Part shown: positions 13,201 through 21,400 of the stretch, piece after piece | Layout: each line of letters begins with the position of its first letter | How positions within the stretch are numbered: position 1 is the first letter of the stretch | Origin: Nemertoderma westbladi | Lineage: Eukaryota > Animalia > Xenacoelomorpha | Direction: 5' to 3' | NCBI GenBank assembly: GCA_032718475.1 | Contig: JAUCBJ010008850.1 | Coordinates: forward strand, 1,492-65,491 | DNA: 64,000 nucleotides | Made by a program: the position numbers and the translations under genes | Notes under the pieces: model-generated | What the model saw: the letters and a program-made list of their open reading frames with translations, nothing else | Told to the model about the DNA's origin: nothing | Database searches by the model: none

Positions 13201-14645
13201 GATATTTGTTTATTCTGTGATTAGTTTTCAGATTACATCGTATTATAATTATATCTTCTGTAATAAAGTCAGAATATTCTCTCAGCTTTTCTATCTGTTT
13301 TACTATGAATTCACTACGGTGAACAAACTCAGGGACAGGATGGCCGGCTAGAGATCGGGCCGCAGCAATGAACGGGAACATCACGGGAATGTAGACGAGA
13401 GACAACCCGCAATACCATTTAGAGTTATTCGCCCATCGCCTGAAAGGTTAGACAGCGTTCGATCCTTGCTACCTAAGTGTAAGACCAAAAGATCAAAAGG
13501 TAGACGTAGTGACACGCTGTAAGCCCAAAATTACATCATAGGGACTGTACTGTCTTGATTCAGGAAAAACCCACAGTAGACCTTCACATTCCTACGGGGG
13601 GAGAGAGAGCGCAGGCAGATACTAGTACGCAGATAGGACGTAGGCACACCGGTACAAGGCATACACATTGGTTAGGGTGCAGCAAACTGTACGCTTAACT
13701 CTTGCTAAGTACAGGTGTGTGTGCGACTATTTGCAGTACGTCAGTGTCCATTGCATTAGAACTTGTAGGCTAGGGGGGTTGCTGTGTTTTCACCTGAATT
13801 GGGATTGTACCGTTCGGGCGGTAGGGCAGTTTACACTAGGCGCAAATAAATTGAGGCTATCAGGGATATACTAACATCTACCGTGTCCCCGCCAACGCCC
13901 TAATAGGAAGTTACCCGGACTACCTGGGTGACTAAAATTCTAGATAGGAGCCAGGATAGCTATTAGTACCCGTACGCCTACAGTAGTAAACTAACACATC
14001 TCTTCTTAGTATCAGGGACCTGGTACCTAAAATTGCCGAATTCTGGGCGTAGTATTAACCTTATGCCTGAATTTGAGTCCTGGAAATACGCAAGAGGGGA
14101 AGGAACCTTATCATTCGTGAGTATTGGACCTACAAGTTATAAAATTGGAATATTCGTAAATGCACACCGTACCCAGTAATTATATATGTGAAGGAGCAAA
14201 ACTGTTTTGACCGTTCAGAATTATCACACGCGCGTTAGAAATTATTTACACCTCGAAATATATAAAATTAACTTTGTCCGTACTGTGCTTTGCCCGCTAG
14301 TTAGACATCTCCAAATCTCTGCCTGTACCTAGCTAGCGTCTCTTTGCCCAACCATATAAATCACACCGCGGCAAAGTATACGAGCCCCTTAGTCCGTCAG
14401 TGAGTCAGCCTGATTTTAGGATTCGCTGCGCGGGATTTTGTTTTATCGAAGTTTGTCTGCTCGTAGACTGTTTTCTGCCTCACCGGTTATAAGAGATCGA
14501 TACTGCAATATATTCGCTTACTTAGAGTTTACTGTTTTGGTGAGAAGGTCGGATTTATGATTTGATTTACAAACTTTACAGTAGGATATTGCAGGTATTG
14601 TTACCGTCTTTTCGTATAGTAGGAATAGGCGTATCTCTTCCAATA

Positions 14646-14656
14646 GTAGGAATGTG
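14646..14656 (+). promoter_or_regulatory. Primer-binding-site position, self-complementary to LTR 13585-13595
   Basis: GTAGGAATGTG abuts the 5' LTR, lacks TGG, and is the exact reverse complement of CACATTCCTAC. Confidence 0.7.
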
Positions 14657-15454
14657 TTTTACTGAACTACGGTTCGGTAGGACTAAAGTTATTTGAAAAT
14701 TTTGTATTTTGAGGTAAAAATTTATATTTGATTAGCTAAGTGCTAATTTTTTGAAATAAAATTTGATTTGAACCGCGTGTAAAATATTTTGGAATTGAAT
14801 ACCGGTGTTTAAAAGGGTTTAAATACCATATTGTACCGGTACAAAATTTTTCGTAAAGTAAAACCTAACTCTTTTGTTTTTCAGGATTCAGAACTCATTT
14901 CTAGACTGTAACGGGAGCAAGACCGTGTTTAGCAAGTTTGGGAGATAGATAACTCAACAACTTTGGTTGGGAAAATCGCGTTTCGTCCGCAACGTTAAAA
15001 ACGGAAGGGTTCACGTCCGGTTTGTATCTGGGAATCTGTTTTTCTGGAGAATTATTGGAGTGGGTGAGTTCGAAAAGTTGCATAAATAAGTTAGGCATTA
15101 CCGTATTAGTTAAAAATTATTGTGGGTTCCACTGTCTCAAGTATTTATGCATTCCGTACGATTTCTTTGTTCATTGCTGAATTAGTCCGTATTATTGTAT
15201 TTAATTTATCTTTTGATAACGCATATCGTTATCCGATTTATTTGTTATAAAATTGGGCGCTAGGCTAATTTTATTATATACTCATTCCGTGACATTTATT
15301 TGCTGTAAAATTGGCCGTTTAGGCTAATTTTATCCATCTGCTATAAAATCGGCCGGTAGGCTAATTTTATAAGACTGTAATTAGTACCGTTTAGATATAA
15401 ATACGGTAAACTCGATACTTTGACACTCACTTTACTTGACTTACAACTACCGAA

Positions 15455-18400
15455 ATGAGTGACAAACAAGACTATACGAAGAATACACAAACCGACTATG
15501 ACTCATGCGACGGAGATAAGTCAGCAGCGGAAGAACAACAGGGGAAGACTCGCGAGCCTACCGAACCTACACCGTGTGCGTCACCAGTACATCCAACGGG
15601 AGTACCGGATGCCGTAGTACGAGGTGACGGCAGGACCGAGGACTTTCTAACTGTTCCGCAACCTAGATACAGGGAAACGGAAATGGTAAGTTCAGCAGGA
15701 AGCACAGAAAGTGTGGTTAGAAGCGTCGGAGGTTACATGGTGCATATTACCAGGAGTATTGGAGAAGGCCAACGCATATTAGACGGGTTGACCGCTCCGA
15801 TGTCTCGATTCGAGTTCTACACCCTCCAGGTTAGAGTACAGAGTAAAGTATATAAGTCCGTAGATAATCTAGTTGGCCTACAAGATCTAGCTAGACAGAG
15901 ACAGGACATGGATACTCAACTTAGAATCCTCGAGAAACTAATGATCGCTAGAGAGAAACTGATTCAGTTTAAGTCGACGATTAGACAGATACAACAGGAA
16001 CAAGCGGACCAGTTGTTAGGTGAGTCAGTTTCGGACGAATTATTACAACCCGAGGAAGAACAGGAACTGTACCGACTGGATGGACAATTAAAACACCTGA
16101 CGGACCACTTACGCATGTGCGGCGAAGACGTCGGCGATTTGGAAACCGTGCCGGAATATACGAGGGAAACTTCATTCGCACAAATCGAATCGGCACCGGG
16201 AATACTAAATCAATCGCTGGTAAGTATTCGTAGCGAAATCTGCGAGGGAAGTATGGTCACGTCAGAAGTTGCTCGACAACAGCAACAGTTCTACAGACAG
16301 CAACACGATATGGAAGAACAAGCTCAACTTCTAATGATACAAACAGCGGTAGAGGAAGAGAAAATACGTGTCGCGAATGTAGCGAGAATCTCTCATCTGC
16401 AGGAACAAGCCGAACTCGAAGCGGCCGAAATGGAAAGGTTAGAGTTGGACATTGCCCAACAAGCGGCAGCGGCCAAGTTAGCGCAACGAACGGCAACGGC
16501 CGAGTTAGAGCGACAAACGGCGGCAGCCGAGTTAGAGCGACAAACGGCGGCAGCCGAGTTAGAGCGACAAACGGCGGCAGCCGAGTTAGAGCGACAAACG
16601 GAAGTGGCGGAGTTAGAAAGAAAGCGACTAGTTTCAGAAGCCAGAGTCGAGATGAAGACACGGCAAATAAAAGCCCAACAAGCGATACGACAAGCAGAGT
16701 TCGAGGCGCAACAACAACAAACGGAACAACGAGAAAAGGAAGTTAAACTCCGTTTCGAACTTGAGAAAAGGGCGAGAGAATTAGCCGAAACCAAGGAAAA
16801 TCTGGATCTTCTAGCTCGTGATCGATCGATGAGATCTCGTGACGGACATGATCTAGACCAGTTAGAGGTAAGGCACCGCCAAATCCAGGAACGAATGAAG
16901 GAAGGTTCGGTAGGGGCACCTGGACGAGAAAGACAATTAGTTAAGGACTTATGTCAAAGATTCCCTCAGGTAACTCCTATGTTTGCACCTGTTACGACTA
17001 AGGAACCTGTTTCGATTGCTGGTAGCAGTGATATCTCTCCTATCCATGGTGTGACGGAACACAGGTTTGTTATTCCGGACAAGTTTATACCTTCAAGAGC
17101 AACGTCGTCGCCTATTTTGAGGGTCAAGGTAAGTAACCCACCGATTACAGATCGTAGTAGTTTATTGACCGGACCTGCACTACTGACGACAAAACAGGTG
17201 AGTCCACCTTTGACACCTAAACCCGTTACGCACTACGAATACCCAATGACGTTTCGACCTACAAGGCCAGTTGATTCAAATGCTGTCATTCGTCCACCGG
17301 TTCAGTTTGCATCGCAATCTACGACTTCAAGGAAGACTTGTGAGCCTACCGAACAACGGAGACCAGTGGATACGCGACCGCTCAACCAGTTCACATCGCA
17401 ATCTACGACTTCGAGGAAGACTTGTGAGCCTACCGAACAACGGAGACCAGTGGATACGCGACCGCTCAACCAGTTCACATCGCAATCTACGACTTCGAGG
17501 AAGACTTGTGAGCCTACCGAACAACGGAGATCAGTGGACGATGTTCCGAAACGAAATGTTAAAATTCGTACGACGCAACGGACGCGAGCACGTCGACCAC
17601 CATATCCGGATGATAGTAGTACTTCGAGCGAATCGGATTACCCGAAACGCGAGGTATTTAGAACAGGGGCGGCCGATGAATATAAACGCGAGCGTTCAGA
17701 CAACTCCTTTGCAGACAATCCTCCACAGAATACACCAACACCGAAGGCGTTACAACCAACGGACGCAATTAGTACACAACAGTTCGCCGACATTCTGCGA
17801 CCAGTTGTCAATAAGTTGGCTCAGATCGAGGAACGTCTGGAGGAAGGTTACACCGACAGTTCGAGAAATTCCGAATTCGAACACAATAGACACCCGAAGG
17901 CACCACAAAGACCGGTACCTTCAAACCCCACATCGTATCAGGGAAAAGCGCCAAGAAGGGAGAACATCAACCAGACTACCAACCAAGGACGCGAAACTCT
18001 GAACGTTGCCGAGGAGATAGCGAAATTCGCAGCCAGACAGGGATTGCCGGTACAACAACCACCGAAGTTTTCCGGTAGCTCAAAACACTGGCATACCTTC
18101 GTAGACTATATCGAATCCCAGATCGCCGTGTGCGCCTTTACATCACGGGAGAAGTTCAATTACCTGCTCCAAACGTTGTCAGGAGAACCTAAACGTTTGG
18201 CGGAGACTTTCGTCGGTGTACCGGACGCTTTCGAACTAGCGTACGATCGTTTAACTTCGATATACGGAGGTACAGTGAGTATGGCCAGGTCAGTAATAGA
18301 GGAACTCTGTAAGGGAGGGGCTATCACTAAACCCGTCGACTTACTAAAACTAGCTGACGAGATCAAGAACGCTATCACTACCTTAAGATCAATTGGACAA

Positions 18401-21400
18401 CTTGATTACGGGAATACCCCTACAGTTCTATTAAAGATAATAGGACGACTCCACCATCGACTTCGTCGGGAGTGGAGGAAGGTCGAATACCAGCGAGAGG
18501 AGCGAGGAGGATTCCTAAAATTAGAAGATGTGTACCTTTTAATATCCAGGGAGGCGGTAGTAGAAACTCGATCTAACTATACCGACCAGCACATCGTGGC
18601 AGAAGGGATCACACTGCCATCCTCCAACCGACAAAAACCCCAGACAACATCCACAAAGACGGCCACTTACGCCACACCGACGGAATCACGACAATTCTCA
18701 GACGGTAATAGAGTATCTGCGCCCATTGGGACAAAACAGACGAGACAGCAACTCAGCACCGACTTCAACGGCTGCCAATACTGCGAGCATCTAGGTAAGC
18801 GGTATATTGGTCACAAGTTACGAGGTTGTCGACAATTTCGCGAGTTGAACTCGGAAGAACGACGGCTGCAGATACGGCCACTGGACTCTTGTTGGCGGTG
18901 TACGCGACACGGACACGTGCGTAAGGATTGCCCAAATACTGACACTTGTCCATCCTGTGGACGCAACCACGACGGTCTGCTCCACACAGACAGCCACACG
19001 CCGACGAAACGCTTCGCCAGGGAACACCCGGAAGCAGCAGCGAGATGTGATGCGGCCTACCGAAAACGAGAATCGAAAACGACTCCAACCTTTGTGACCC
19101 ATATTGAGGATTGCTTCTCAGAACAATCCGGATCGTCGGACGAAGAATCAGAAGACGACGATGAATATTCCAATGGAGACGAACAACCGTCGATCGCGCT
19201 CCTGACTACTGATCAACTGAAGGGATTCAGTGTAATCCCGATTAAGGTTACTGGCACAAAGGGAAGTAAGAGGATCTATGCGATTCTAGATTCAGCCTCA
19301 TCCCATAGCTACGTGGACGAAAAGATAGCTGACGTCGTAACGGATCTCAGACAAGGTAAACACGTCAGTTATACAGTAAGTAGTATGCACGGCCAGCGTG
19401 CAATACCAGTGACACGAGTTAAGTTGGACTTAGACTCTCTTCTTCCAAAATCGCAACACAGCGAGAGGGAGAGGTCTTTGTTACCCTTTAGAGATCTAAC
19501 CTTTGCGGCCACGAAGGACTTTAGTAACCTACTAGGTCCAGTGCCGGAACAATCTCTGGAGGACCGTAAGTATTTCAGACACCTTGGTGTACCCGAATGT
19601 CCTGTCAATTATAGATCGGTAGCAATGCTGATCGGGACGGACCAATTCAACCTACATCAGGTGTGGGAAACCAGACCATCGGCAGTTGTAGCGGGAAACG
19701 CATACGCCTGCAGAACGCCGATAGGGTGGTATACTCGAGCGCCTGTGCGCACACTAGACGTAAGTGACGAGGAAGACGATGTACAGAGTACATGTAGTTT
19801 ATTAACTACAAATTCTATTCATTCCTTTTCACACGACGTGAACCATACTACGCTACAGTCGACAAAACATGACAGACGGGTAACTAGTATGATAAGTCAC
19901 AAGGAGCAGCTAATCCACAAGGTGAGTTTGGAACTTGGGGAGAAGATGAGTCAGCTAGAGATTCCATCGACGACAGATGATAGGCTTGCGAGTCTACCTA
20001 CCCCAATAACCTCAACAGTGCCCGTCGATATCGATGATGACGCGTTGAAAATTCATCAGTTGGAACAAGCGGACCTGGACAAAGAATTAACGGAGAAGAC
20101 TATCAGGTGGTTTGAACAAGATACAGCTGAACCTGGTAGCTACGAACCTTGTATGTCGGAACAGGAGAAACAATCTCTAAAGATCATGGAAGATACTATC
20201 CGACAGACGGAGGACGGACATTACGAGGTGGGGATGTTATGGCGTAGCCAAAGTCCAAAACTTATAAATAACTACCCACTGGCTTTGAGACGTCTACACT
20301 CAATACGACAACGTCTATTAAAGGACGAGAAAGCCCATCTGCAGTACAACACTCAGATGGAGACGTATTTGACTGAAGGATACGCTATCCGAATGACTAA
20401 CCCGGAGCGAGTGACCGACCAGACGTACTACTTGCCACATCACTACGTGAGACACCCCGATAAACCAGACAAAGTACGTGTAGTCAATGACTGTGCGGCT
20501 CTGTTTGAGGGAATGTCCCTCAATAGTGAGTTGATGGATGGACCGAACATGAATAATTATCTAATGGGGGTGATTATGCGCTTCCGTCAGCGTCAAGTAG
20601 CCTTTACTTGCGACGTTGAAGCGATGTTTCACCAAGTAAAGGCTTTAGAGCGAGACAAAGACAGTTTGCGGTTCCTCTGGTATCCGGAAGGAGACTTAAG
20701 TCTACCACCAGCGACTTACCAAATGCAAGTTCGCGTTTTCGGTGCCAGAGACAGCCCAAATTGTACGATGTACGCCTTGAAGCAAGCCGCTAGAGATCAG
20801 AAACATCTGTATGACCCAGAGATAATTAGAATTGTGGAGCGTGACTTTTATGTAGATGACGGTTTACAAAGTTGCGACACAGTAGAACGTGCTACAACAG
20901 TAGCACATCAATTACGGGACTGCTTGGCGGGCGGAGGTTTTAACCTCACCAAATTCGCCTCAAACAGTGCCGAATTAGTTGACTCATTCGGAACTACTGA
21001 GCGTGGAGGTGGTGACATAGACCTAGAGTTCGAACCACTACCGACGACTAAGGTGTTGGGGCTCTTTTGGGACCCAAACACAGACAACTTTCGAGTGAAG
21101 GTGAGACTGGACAGTCAAGGAAACACACTGACCAAGAGATCATGCTTGTCAAAGTTGAGCCGATTGTTCGATCCGTTAGGATTCATCAGTCCAGTGATAC
21201 TGCAAGCCCGCATTTACATGCGCAGTATATGGAAGGATGGACTAACGTGGGACGAGCCGATCTCATCAGACCAAGTGGACTTATGGAAGACCTGGGAGGC
21301 GGAATTATCTTCGCTAGAGGATTATTTCATACCCAGGGTTTACTTTCCATTACAAAGTACATTTCCTGACAACTTGGAACTACACTGTTTTTCTGACGCC

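Larger units (their letters stand above)
12725..14645 (+). repeat. 5' LTR of BEL element
   Basis: Direct repeat of 27386-29306 (offset 14661); only one difference seen by eye (T14224 vs A28885). Confidence 0.97.

Noticed and set aside
13340-13400. HDV-like ribozyme (GGCCGGC start) in the LTR
   Set aside because: Could not build the P1/P2/P3 nested pseudoknot; no hammerhead CTGATGA..GAAA core nearby.
12716-13874. Short ORFs duplicated in both LTRs
   Set aside because: Short, no motifs; the first crosses the LTR boundary; duplication simply reflects LTR identity.
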